Origin: Caldimicrobium thiodismutans
GTDB lineage: Bacteria > Desulfobacterota > Thermodesulfobacteria > Thermodesulfobacteriales > Thermodesulfobacteriaceae
Length of the DNA stretch: 32,000 nt
Direction: 5' to 3'
Assembly: GCF_001548275.1 (NCBI RefSeq)
Contig: NZ_AP014945.1
Span: 1,140,001 to 1,172,000 of the forward strand
Position 1 is the first letter of the stretch; each line of letters starts with the position of its first letter. This document shows, piece by piece, positions 9,948 to 16,935 of this stretch. Position numbers and translations under genes: made by a program. The notes under the pieces are model-generated. The model saw nothing but the letters and a program-made list of their open reading frames with translations. It did no database searches and was not told the DNA's origin.

Positions 9948-9986
9948 GAGAAAAAAGAAAGAGATACCCCCTCTCCAAAAGGGGGT
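9948..9986 (-). terminator. Rho-independent terminator after the 399-aa membrane protein gene
   Basis: On the minus strand: ACCCCC-TTTTGGAGA-GGGGGT followed by ATCTCTTTCTTTTTTC. Confidence 0.55.
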
Positions 9987-9996
9987 TATCTCTTAT

Positions 9997-11196
9997 TTAG
10001 AAGAGGGCTCCGTTTTTAAGGGATATGTAAACTCCAAGGATAACCATTATCACAATCCAGAGCCACATAAGAATAACGGAGAACTTTCCAAGCCCTTGAG
10101 CACCAACCTCTTTTATACCTTTCCCTGCTCTATAAGCAACTAAGGCTGTATAATAGAGAACTATTAAGCCCATAAGAAAGGTAAGTAAGAAGAGAACAAG
10201 GGATCCTAAGGAAAGATTTACAGGATAATCAGCAAAAGTATATCCAACCCCTTTAAAATAACTCATTCTCAGGACCTCACGGGCCAAACTCATCACAAGC
10301 ACGGTTATACCGAGGAACAAGGCTGTTGAAACCGCATACCGGGAGGGATTTTTCTGAATATAAAAAAGAAAAGCAATAAATAAAAGAGCCACAATAAGGG
10401 CCAAAATAAAATAGGGATTGGTCATGAAATTGAGATCCTTCGGGAGAGTAATCAACCAGAGAAATCCAGACACAGCTTGAAGAAGGGAAAAAATAAGAAC
10501 AAGCTTGGCACCAAGTCTTTCTACCCAATTAAGATAGTTAGAATCATACTTTCTTCTAAAATATCTGGAATAGAAAATCAGCCATACTCCGGTTACTGCA
10601 AGAGCAGGGAACATAAAATGCAGGAATCTAAAGATTTCAAAACCATGGAGATATTTTCCACTTGAGATATAGGTATGGTTAAGGGTTGCAAAGTTTGGCC
10701 ATTTTTCTGGATATAGCTGGGTAACTGCAAGAGAATGCATAACTATTCCTGCAAAAAGGAGCAATGCAAGAGAAAGTATTGGCCAGATAATTTGCCCTCT
10801 TCCTTTATAACCACCTCCAAGGTAAAAGAAATAGGCAAAAACAAAGGCAAGGGCAATGAAGGCAAGAAAAGCAAGAGCCCAGACCGCAGAAAGGGTATTG
10901 GCAGTATACCAGAAAGGATCATAAATGACCTGAATAAAAAGTAAAGGAGCAACTCCAAGAACAATGGCCCAGGAAATTGAATTTACCACAAGTCTTGAAA
11001 GGGAAGAAGAAAGTTTTATCCAGTAATCTTCATTTTTTATTTTTCCCCAGATAATAAGAGCAAGGGATCCAATAACAAGATTGACAAGTAAAATGTGAAG
11101 GGCAAAGGTTAAAACAAGAAAAAAATCAAAAACAATGGGTGGAGAAGGAAGCCCTGCAACATCTCTCATTGCTTTGATATATTCTCCTATAGCCAT
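9997..11196 (-). CDS. Polytopic integral membrane protein, unknown function; probable partner subunit of the upstream bd-like/cytochrome c protein
   Basis: 399 aa and almost entirely hydrophobic helices. It starts 11 nt after the upstream stop with a TAAGGAGG RBS, which implies co-translation. I recognise no motif. Confidence 0.5.
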   Translation of the reverse strand: MAIGEYIKAMRDVAGLPSPPIVFDFFLVLTFALHILLVNLVIGSLALIIWGKIKNEDYWIKLSSSLSRLVVNSISWAIVLGVAPLLFIQVIYDPFWYTANTLSAVWALAFLAFIALAFVFAYFFYLGGGYKGRGQIIWPILSLALLLFAGIVMHSLAVTQLYPEKWPNFATLNHTYISSGKYLHGFEIFRFLHFMFPALAVTGVWLIFYSRYFRRKYDSNYLNWVERLGAKLVLIFSLLQAVSGFLWLITLPKDLNFMTNPYFILALIVALLFIAFLFYIQKNPSRYAVSTALFLGITVLVMSLAREVLRMSYFKGVGYTFADYPVNLSLGSLVLFLLTFLMGLIVLYYTALVAYRAGKGIKEVGAQGLGKFSVILMWLWIVIMVILGVYISLKNGALF

Positions 11197-11207
11197 GGCT
11201 TACCTCC

Positions 11208-12524
11208 TTATTTTTTAATTAAGGTAAAAAGATATTCTGCAGCCACTTTTCTTTCTTCATCATTGCCAGCAAAGGGTGGCATATATGGAAAGGAACCAAG
11301 GGCAGAAAGAAAGGCATCAATATCCTCAGGACTCTGAGGAGAAAGTTTGCCAAAAAGTGCAGGAAGAGGTCTTATTCCCTTTTGCGTAAAAGCATGACAA
11401 TTGGCACAATTGTGAAGGGCAATGATTCTTCCTACTTCCAAACGATTTTCTGGGGTAATTTTTCTCAGGGATTCAGGTAAATAACCAAGTCTTGGAAGAA
11501 GCCCCTCTTTTTGAATTATTTCTATTTCTGCTTTGATATTTTTGGCAGGAAGATCCTTTGCTACAACTTGATGTCCATACATGAAATAATTGATAATATA
11601 GGGTCTTCTCAATCCCTCTCTAATTCCCTCGGCACAAAGAATTCCAAGGAAGGCAATAATAATCATAAGAAAAGAAAGTAAAAAATTATTAAGCCTTGGG
11701 ATCAAAAAACCTGTAAGGATAAAATAAAAACTCAAAATCAGGTAACTTGCCAAAGCATACTTTCCAAGTTTAACCAGATAGGGAAGACCGCTGTAAATAT
11801 CTTTCATATTTTGGGGAAGTTTAGAAGAATACCATATAATAAAAAGACCTCCCAGAATCATTCCAACAAGGGAAATTCGTGAGATAATTTTGGTAAGATC
11901 TGATTTGGTATTTTCTTTAAGGGTGGAGGTAATAACAAGACCGTAAATTCCTGCAACCCCAAACATCAAGAAAGTTCTTGCAAAAAGTTGAGGAAAATAT
12001 GTAGGATTGAAGAAACCATCAAAGAAGTCACCTGTTTCAAGCCATTTTCCAGGGGTTAACATAAAGGCAAGAATTCCCGTGATAATAATCATGCTGATCC
12101 AGGCTGCAATGGCATAAAGATAACCTATGCGGATATGAGTTTTTGGATCAACTTTTCCAAGGGTATAATAGTAAGCATAGATGGTTGCAATCTCAATAAG
12201 GAAAAAGACCCATTCTGTTGCCCAACCCCAGACATAGTTGTGAATCAGCCCTGATATTCCCCTTGGACTTGAGACAGTTGCAGAATACCAGATACCAATT
12301 CCTGAAAGGGAACCAAAGATGAAGCTGAAGATTAAAAGTAAAAGGGTAAAGCGTTTGACAAAATCAAGGTAATCAAGCCGATTCCGTGCGTAGGCAAGCT
12401 TCTCTATGAAAACTGTTACCCATAGAGCTGCAACTGCAAGATGGGAAGGCAAAACATGAAAAGAGGCAATAAGCCCTATAACTAAAGCTGAACTTAAATA
12501 GGGCACTTCCCATATTGGATACAT
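11208..12524 (-). CDS. Cytochrome bd subunit I (CydA)-like membrane protein fused to a C-terminal monohaem cytochrome c domain
   Basis: 438 aa. The N-terminal helices align by eye with E. coli CydA: ALVIGLIASFHVLP vs ALTAMYHFLFVP (His19 position), ATEWVFFLIEIA vs AIEGLMAFFLES, and THIRIGYLYAIAAW vs VQHMCVTWLVALG. The C-terminal roughly 90 aa carry CANCH (CxxCH) and a downstream YMPPF candidate Met ligand. Confidence 0.5.
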   Translation of the reverse strand: MYPIWEVPYLSSALVIGLIASFHVLPSHLAVAALWVTVFIEKLAYARNRLDYLDFVKRFTLLLLIFSFIFGSLSGIGIWYSATVSSPRGISGLIHNYVWGWATEWVFFLIEIATIYAYYYTLGKVDPKTHIRIGYLYAIAAWISMIIITGILAFMLTPGKWLETGDFFDGFFNPTYFPQLFARTFLMFGVAGIYGLVITSTLKENTKSDLTKIISRISLVGMILGGLFIIWYSSKLPQNMKDIYSGLPYLVKLGKYALASYLILSFYFILTGFLIPRLNNFLLSFLMIIIAFLGILCAEGIREGLRRPYIINYFMYGHQVVAKDLPAKNIKAEIEIIQKEGLLPRLGYLPESLRKITPENRLEVGRIIALHNCANCHAFTQKGIRPLPALFGKLSPQSPEDIDAFLSALGSFPYMPPFAGNDEERKVAAEYLFTLIKK

Positions 12525-12570
12525 ACCCCCCCTCCTTTTAAAGGAATTATTTGATTAAAAATTGTATAGA

Positions 12571-12599
12571 AATTTAAGAATGTAGTCAAGGGTAAATTT
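12571..12599 (-). promoter_or_regulatory. Candidate promoter (TTGACT-17-TACAAT) for the bd-like two-gene module
   Basis: Minus-strand TTGACT (12599-12594), a 17-nt spacer and TACAAT (12576-12571), located between the peroxiredoxin terminator and the ATG at 12524. Confidence 0.45.
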
Positions 12600-12607
12600 T
12601 TAAAATG

Positions 12608-12630
12608 AGAAAAAAGGGGGGATAACCCCC
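12608..12630 (-). terminator. Rho-independent terminator of the peroxiredoxin gene
   Basis: On the minus strand: GGGGG-TTAT-CCCCCC followed by TTTTTTCTC, 12 nt after the stop codon. Confidence 0.65.
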
Positions 12631-12641
12631 AAAGATCTTCC

Positions 12642-13256
12642 TTAGTTATCAAGTTCAGAAGGATTCCAGGTATCAGCTACTTTTCCAGCAAGCTCGGGTG
12701 AGGGTTTAAGAGTGGTTTTTCCTGGTCTCCAGTTAGCAGGACAGGCCTCAGCCCCACCTGTTGCCCTAATGTGCTGTGCTGCCTCAATCATTCTTACAAG
12801 CTCATCAAAATTTCTTCCCACCGGGGCATCGTAAATGTGGCTAATTCTAATTATTCCATCAGGATCTATGAGGAAGGTTCCTCTTAAATTAATACCTATT
12901 TTTTCATCATAAACACCATAAAGGGTTCCAATTTTCCCTCCCAGGTCTGAAGCCATGGGGAAGGGGAATCCTCCTGGAATGAGTTTAGAGAGTTCTGTTT
13001 CCTGCCAGACCTTATGAACAAAGACCGTATCAATGCTAATAGCCAGAAGTTCGGTGTTCAATCTTTTCAGATCTTCAGCCTTGGCAGCAACTGCTGCCAT
13101 TTCTGTGGGTCAGACAAAGGTAAAGTCAGCTGGATAAAAGAAAAGAACCAGCCATTTGCCTTTGTAATCGGAAAGCTTAACAGGTTTAATACCTCCATCC
13201 CTAAAATAGGCCTGAGTCTCAAACTCTGGAGCTTGAGTGCCGGGTCTCACACACAT
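12642..13256 (-). CDS. Typical 2-Cys peroxiredoxin (AhpC/Prx1 type) with selenocysteine (in-frame TGA at 13112-13110) at the peroxidatic position
   Basis: My translation from ATG 13256 (GAGGAGG RBS 6 nt upstream) reads [61 protein letters not shown]... This is in frame with track ORF 12642..13100 (156 nt = 52 codons). The TGA sits exactly where the conserved FTFVCPTE peroxidatic Cys belongs. The resolving-Cys motif [10 protein letters not shown] is present. Confidence 0.8.
13082..13099 (-). promoter_or_regulatory. Candidate bacterial SECIS hairpin for the peroxiredoxin UGA
   Basis: The mRNA reads UGA-CCCACAGAAA-UGGCAGC-AGUU-GCUGCCA: a perfect 7-bp stem and a 4-nt loop containing GU, starting 10 nt after the UGA. 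Confidence 0.6.
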
Positions 13257-13285
13257 ACCACACCTCCTCAAAAGTGTTTTTATTT

Positions 13286-13313
13286 AATATAAGTTCTTTA
13301 AATAAAAGTTCAA
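13286..13313 (-). promoter_or_regulatory. Candidate promoter (TTGAAC-16-TATATT) for the peroxiredoxin gene
   Basis: Minus-strand TTGAAC (13313-13308) and TATATT (13291-13286), about 30 nt upstream of the ATG at 13256. Confidence 0.35.
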
Positions 13314-13361
13314 TACTCATTAGTATATTTAATAAAAAAGACCTTTTAAGAGGTAAAAAAG

Positions 13362-13507
13362 GCATAAGTTCAGATCCTTACAAGAAGAAGGAATGGCGGA
13401 AAAGGGTGCAAAATATTGTAAAATGTGATAAGAGGATAATCATTTTGTCTACCAAAAGAGGCAGATTTCAAGTCTCAAAAGATATGGACTTATACAGAGG
13501 GTTGACA
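13362..13507 (+). repeat. Dispersed intergenic repeat, copy B (module 1 + variable middle + module 2, ends in a -35 box)
   Basis: GCATAAGTTCAGATCCTTACAAGAAGAAGGAATGGCGGAAAAGG ... GCAGATTTCAAGTCTCAAAAGATATGGACTTATACAGAGGGTTGACA. Confidence 0.7.
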
Positions 13508-13530
13508 AGTATTAAAAACTGATTATATTT
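13502..13530 (+). promoter_or_regulatory. Candidate promoter (TTGACA-16-TATATT) for tRNA-fMet and downstream genes
   Basis: Consensus TTGACA at 13502-13507 and TATATT at 13524-13529, about 20 nt before the tRNA 5' end. The -35 box sits at the end of repeat copy B. Confidence 0.5.
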
Positions 13531-13550
13531 TAAGCAGATCTTTAAAAGGA

Positions 13551-13624
<74 letters not shown>

Positions 13625-13675
13625 CTTTTCAATAGAAATTTTCTTCCTCCTTTAAAATCTATATGAGGTATTTAG

Positions 13676-14716
13676 GTGAAAAATTTAGAACGCATAAAAA
13701 AACAGATATTAAGGATACTTGTCAAAAAGCCATCTACCTTTTGGGAACTTATCAATTTCCAAGACGCCCATCTTTCTCTTTTTTTAGAGGCCCTCAAAGA
13801 TCTTCTTGATGAAGGCAAAATTATTTACGATAAACCCCTTTTTAAACTAAAAAAAAATCTTCCTGATATTAAGAAATTTTCTGATCCAGGCTGTCTTTTC
13901 TGCAAACCCTTTGATAACGATCCCTTTTGGAGGATCCTTTTAGAAGATTTTAAAGCTCTCACGCAGGATAGACCTCTTCCTACCAGTGATTATGATCAGG
14001 GTTTTATCCGACCCGAGGATACCCTTAAGAGAACCGCCTTTATTTATTTAAGGGGAGATCTTGAGGATGCAGAGGTATTTATTTTGGGGGATGACGATCT
14101 TATTTCTCTGGCCATGGCCCTGACAGGGCTCCCTAAAAGGGTGGTTGTGGTAGAAATTGATGAGAGAATTAACACCTTCATAAAAGAAACAGTTAAAAAA
14201 ATTGGGTTTAAAAATCTTGAGGTGTATAACTACAATGTGATTGAAAGTCTTCCTGAGGATTTGAAAGGGAGTTTTGATATCTTTGTAACGGATCCGGTGG
14301 AGACAAAAAAGGGGTTAAAACTTTTTGTTGCACGCTGTATAAGTAGTCTAAAAGGACCTGGTTCAGCTGGATATATGGGGTTTACCCATCGGGAGGCCTC
14401 TTTGGAGAAGTGGCGAGAATTCCAAAGCTTTCTGCTTGACTCAGGGTTTGTTATCACAGATATACTTAGAGATTTTACTACCTATCCTGAGGAGGAAAAT
14501 GCCTGGGAGGATTTCTATAGAACCTACAGGATTATGAAGGAATTTGACCTTGATCTCCCCGAGGTAGACTGGTATAAGTCCTGTTTTATACGTTTTGAGG
14601 TAGTTGAGGGTCCTCATTTACTTGAGATTACTCCTCCTAAGGATTTAGAGGAGCTTTACTTTGATGAAGAGGCCTGGGCTACTCCTCTTCCCTCTTACCT
14701 TGAAAAAGAATCTTAA
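13676..14716 (+). CDS. bpsA: BpsA-like aminopropyltransferase (DUF43 family; N4-bis(aminopropyl)spermidine / branched-chain polyamine synthase homologue)
   Basis: 346 aa with a GTG start and an AGGT RBS. It is colinear, from memory, with Thermococcus kodakarensis BpsA: RGDLEDAEVFILGDDDLISLAMALTGLPKRVVVVEIDER, FVTDPVET, LKGPGSAGYMGFTHREASLEKWREFQ and DWYKSCFIRFE. Confidence 0.75.
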   Translation: MKNLERIKKQILRILVKKPSTFWELINFQDAHLSLFLEALKDLLDEGKIIYDKPLFKLKKNLPDIKKFSDPGCLFCKPFDNDPFWRILLEDFKALTQDRPLPTSDYDQGFIRPEDTLKRTAFIYLRGDLEDAEVFILGDDDLISLAMALTGLPKRVVVVEIDERINTFIKETVKKIGFKNLEVYNYNVIESLPEDLKGSFDIFVTDPVETKKGLKLFVARCISSLKGPGSAGYMGFTHREASLEKWREFQSFLLDSGFVITDILRDFTTYPEEENAWEDFYRTYRIMKEFDLDLPEVDWYKSCFIRFEVVEGPHLLEITPPKDLEELYFDEEAWATPLPSYLEKES

Positions 14717-14729
14717 AGGAGGATATGCA

Positions 14730-15293
14730 ATGGCTTACACAACTTCTGATTTCAGACGGGGACTTAAGATTGAATGGGAAGGAAAACCCTATGAAGTAAT
14801 TGATTTTCAGCATTCTAAGGTGGCTCAAGGGCAGGCCACAGTTCGCACAAGACTTAGAGATCTTACCACTGGAAGGGTTTTTGAAGTGAACTTTCGCTCT
14901 GGAGAAAAATTTGAAAAACCTGATCTTCAGGAAAAGGAAATCCAATATCTCTATAGGGAAGGAGATAGATTTGTTTTTATGGATCTTGAAGATTATGATC
15001 AGATTTATGTCACAGAAGCAGAGGTTGGAGAGGCTGCTAAATTTCTGGTAGAAAATCTTCAGGTAAAGGTTCTTTATTACAAGGGAAGGGTAATTGGAAT
15101 TGAGTTACCGAAGACAGTTGAGCTTAAGGTAGTCCACACAGAACCCGGTATTAAGGGAGACACCGTTAGTGCAGTTACAAAACCAGCAACCTTAGAGACT
15201 GGAGCAGTGATTCAGGTCCCTCTTTTTGTAAAGGAAGGAGATGTGATCAAGGTTGATACACGAACTGGTGAATATTTAGAAAGGGCGTCTTAA
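14730..15293 (+). CDS. efp: Translation elongation factor P
   Basis: The start is trimmed to ATG 14730 (AAAGGAGG RBS at 14716-14723), giving MAYTTSDFRRGLKIEWEGKPYEVIDFQH... The C-terminal signature is GIKGDTVSAVTKPATLETGAVIQVPLFVKEGDVIKVDTRTGEYLERA. The loop sequence is unusual (see findings). Confidence 0.92.
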   Translation: MAYTTSDFRRGLKIEWEGKPYEVIDFQHSKVAQGQATVRTRLRDLTTGRVFEVNFRSGEKFEKPDLQEKEIQYLYREGDRFVFMDLEDYDQIYVTEAEVGEAAKFLVENLQVKVLYYKGRVIGIELPKTVELKVVHTEPGIKGDTVSAVTKPATLETGAVIQVPLFVKEGDVIKVDTRTGEYLERAS

Positions 15294-15502
15294 TGTTAAC
15301 CCTCAAGAAGTTACAGGAGTTTAAAGAATACCTGGAAAGCGGAGCCTTTATTGAAGATATGGAGATGAGACCTCCAGACGGACAGGCTGAGATGCTGGAT
15401 ATGATAGATCTTCTCTTTGAGATCTGTGAAAAGGCTGATGAAATTCTAAGCAGACACTTTTATAAAAAATGGGGGGAAGGGGTTTTTAAAAAAGAGACTT
15501 AG
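15293..15502 (+). CDS. Hypothetical small acidic protein (69 aa)
   Basis: The ATG overlaps the efp stop (TAATG). I recognise no motif. Coding status is supported only by the tight coupling and the ORF length. Confidence 0.4.
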   Translation: MLTLKKLQEFKEYLESGAFIEDMEMRPPDGQAEMLDMIDLLFEICEKADEILSRHFYKKWGEGVFKKET

Positions 15503-15859
15503 ATGGTCTATTTTATTCGTGCTCGCACCCACTTTCAATATGCCGAATCCCTTTTTAAGGAATTGATGTCCGGTCAGAGGGTTTTATCCATTAAAGCCCT
15601 TCAGGAGGTCTTTCTTCAGGGACTAAAGGCTCTCCATGCCTTAACTATTCTCTCACCCCCAGAAAAACCTCTCTCCTCAGAGGAACTCTTCAAAAGAATA
15701 CTTCCAACTCTCTCTGACTCTGAAAGGGAATATCTCTTAAGACTTAAGAACTTGCTTTTTTCAGCAAAGGATTATAATAAAGATGATCTATTAGTTTTAT
15801 TAACAGAACTAAAAGGATATATTACATTCCTTAAAGAATGTCTGAAGCCCATACTGTAG
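15503..15859 (+). CDS. Hypothetical helical protein (118 aa)
   Basis: It starts immediately after the upstream stop (TAGATG). It is predicted to be all-helical by composition, with no catalytic motif recognised. Confidence 0.4.
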   Translation: MVYFIRARTHFQYAESLFKELMSGQRVLSIKALQEVFLQGLKALHALTILSPPEKPLSSEELFKRILPTLSDSEREYLLRLKNLLFSAKDYNKDDLLVLLTELKGYITFLKECLKPIL

Positions 15860-16719
15860 AAGATCTTTTTGATCTGAATAGCTTTTTTACCCTTCTGGAT
15901 AATTTAGTGTGCGCCCTTATTATAATTGATACGGAGAAAAGGATTAAATTAGTTAACCAAAAAGCTTTGTCATTAACAGGATATAAGAAGGAGGAGCTTC
16001 TTGGGAAAAAACCTCATGAATTTCTCTTTGCTCTACTTTCTCAGGAGGGCTGTGCTTTTGAAAAAATTTTAGCTGGTGGTCAATGTGAATTTGATGCCCT
16101 CCTTAAAAGAAAGGATGGAGGGGAATTTTTTGCCCATCTGAATGTTACACTACTAAGGTTGAAAGAGGAAAAGGACTTTGTGGTTATTACCTTTATAGAT
16201 ATAACTGAGAGAAAAGAGCTTGAAAAACGCTTGCTTGAAGCTGCCATGACAGATCACCTGACAGGTCTTTATAATCGCAGATTTATGGACGAGGCTTTGA
16301 AAAGAGAAAAGGCAATTGCAGATAGGTATGGGGTTCCCTTGAGTCTCATCCTTATGGATCTTGATAACTTTAAGACGATTAATGATATTTATGGACATGA
16401 TATAGGAGATAGGGTGCTTAATTCCATATCCAATCTTCTCAAAGAAAAATTGCGTAAAACAGATGTTTCAGCAAGATGGGGAGGTGAGGAGTTTTTGATT
16501 TTACTTAGAAATACCAATCTTCCTCAAGCCTTAAAGGTTGCAGAAAAGTTGAAAAACCTTATTTGTGGTTTGAAGGTGCCTCCTGTTGAAGATGTTTCTG
16601 CAAGTTTTGGAGTGGTTGAGTATATTAAGGGTGAATCTATTGATGATATCCTTAAAAGGGTAGATCTTGCCCTTTATAGAGCCAAAGCTGTTGGGAAAAA
16701 TTGCGTAATTTCCTTTTAG
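15838..16719 (+). CDS. PAS-domain diguanylate cyclase (GGDEF domain with I-site)
   Basis: 293 aa with an N-terminal PAS-like region (KRIKLVNQKALSLTGYKKEELLGKKPHEF). The GGDEF domain has DHLTGLYNRR, an active site GGEEF, and RKTD (RxxD I-site) five residues upstream. Confidence 0.88.
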   Translation: MSEAHTVEDLFDLNSFFTLLDNLVCALIIIDTEKRIKLVNQKALSLTGYKKEELLGKKPHEFLFALLSQEGCAFEKILAGGQCEFDALLKRKDGGEFFAHLNVTLLRLKEEKDFVVITFIDITERKELEKRLLEAAMTDHLTGLYNRRFMDEALKREKAIADRYGVPLSLILMDLDNFKTINDIYGHDIGDRVLNSISNLLKEKLRKTDVSARWGGEEFLILLRNTNLPQALKVAEKLKNLICGLKVPPVEDVSASFGVVEYIKGESIDDILKRVDLALYRAKAVGKNCVISF

Positions 16720-16734
16720 GATTACAATAAAAAC

Positions 16735-16935
16735 ATGCAAAGGGAAAGAATTGATGCCTATCTTGAGGTGCTTGCCTGTCCCCAGTGTAAAGGAGATCTG
16801 GAGTATAAAGAGGATAGATCTCAAGGGATAAAGGGTTTTTTTTGTAAAAAGTGTAGACTTCTCTATCCCATCTTTGAAGATATCCCTGTTATGTTACCAG
16901 AAGAAGCTATATCTATAACTAATGAGTCATCCTAA
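16735..16935 (+). CDS. Trm112-family small zinc-ribbon protein (UPF0434/YcaR-like)
   Basis: 66 aa with CPQCKGDL...[22 protein letters not shown], the characteristic Trm112/YcaR pattern. Confidence 0.75.
   Translation: MQRERIDAYLEVLACPQCKGDLEYKEDRSQGIKGFFCKKCRLLYPIFEDIPVMLPEEAISITNESS

Noticed and set aside
6507-9978. Long N-terminal extensions in track ORFs 6507..7292, 7102..8112, 8031..8927, 8845..9978 (also 14661.., 17400.., 21099..)
   Set aside because: The extensions overlap the upstream gene, lack family similarity and precede canonical N-termini ([42 protein letters not shown]). Starts were moved to internal codons that create the typical ATGA/short overlaps or have RBSs.
13110-13112. 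Reading the in-frame TGA codons (13112-13110 and 23249-23251) as pseudogene lesions or sequencing errors
   Set aside because: Both fall at Cys-equivalent redox positions of intact, otherwise uninterrupted ORFs that have good RBSs and terminators. Both are followed at the expected distance by stable hairpins with GU loops. Two independent events of this kind within 10 kb favour Sec decoding. A pseudogene cannot be fully excluded without seeing the sel genes.
13274-13522. 82-aa ORF (13274..13522 +) and 72-aa ORF (22146..22364 -) that share the peptide KVSKDMD
   Set aside because: The shared peptide comes from the nucleotide repeat (module 2). In module 1 the two ORFs read the same DNA in different frames (SDPYKKKEW vs QILTRKRKG), so conservation is at the DNA level, not the protein level. 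Both ORFs also run through the predicted promoters, and there is no RBS.
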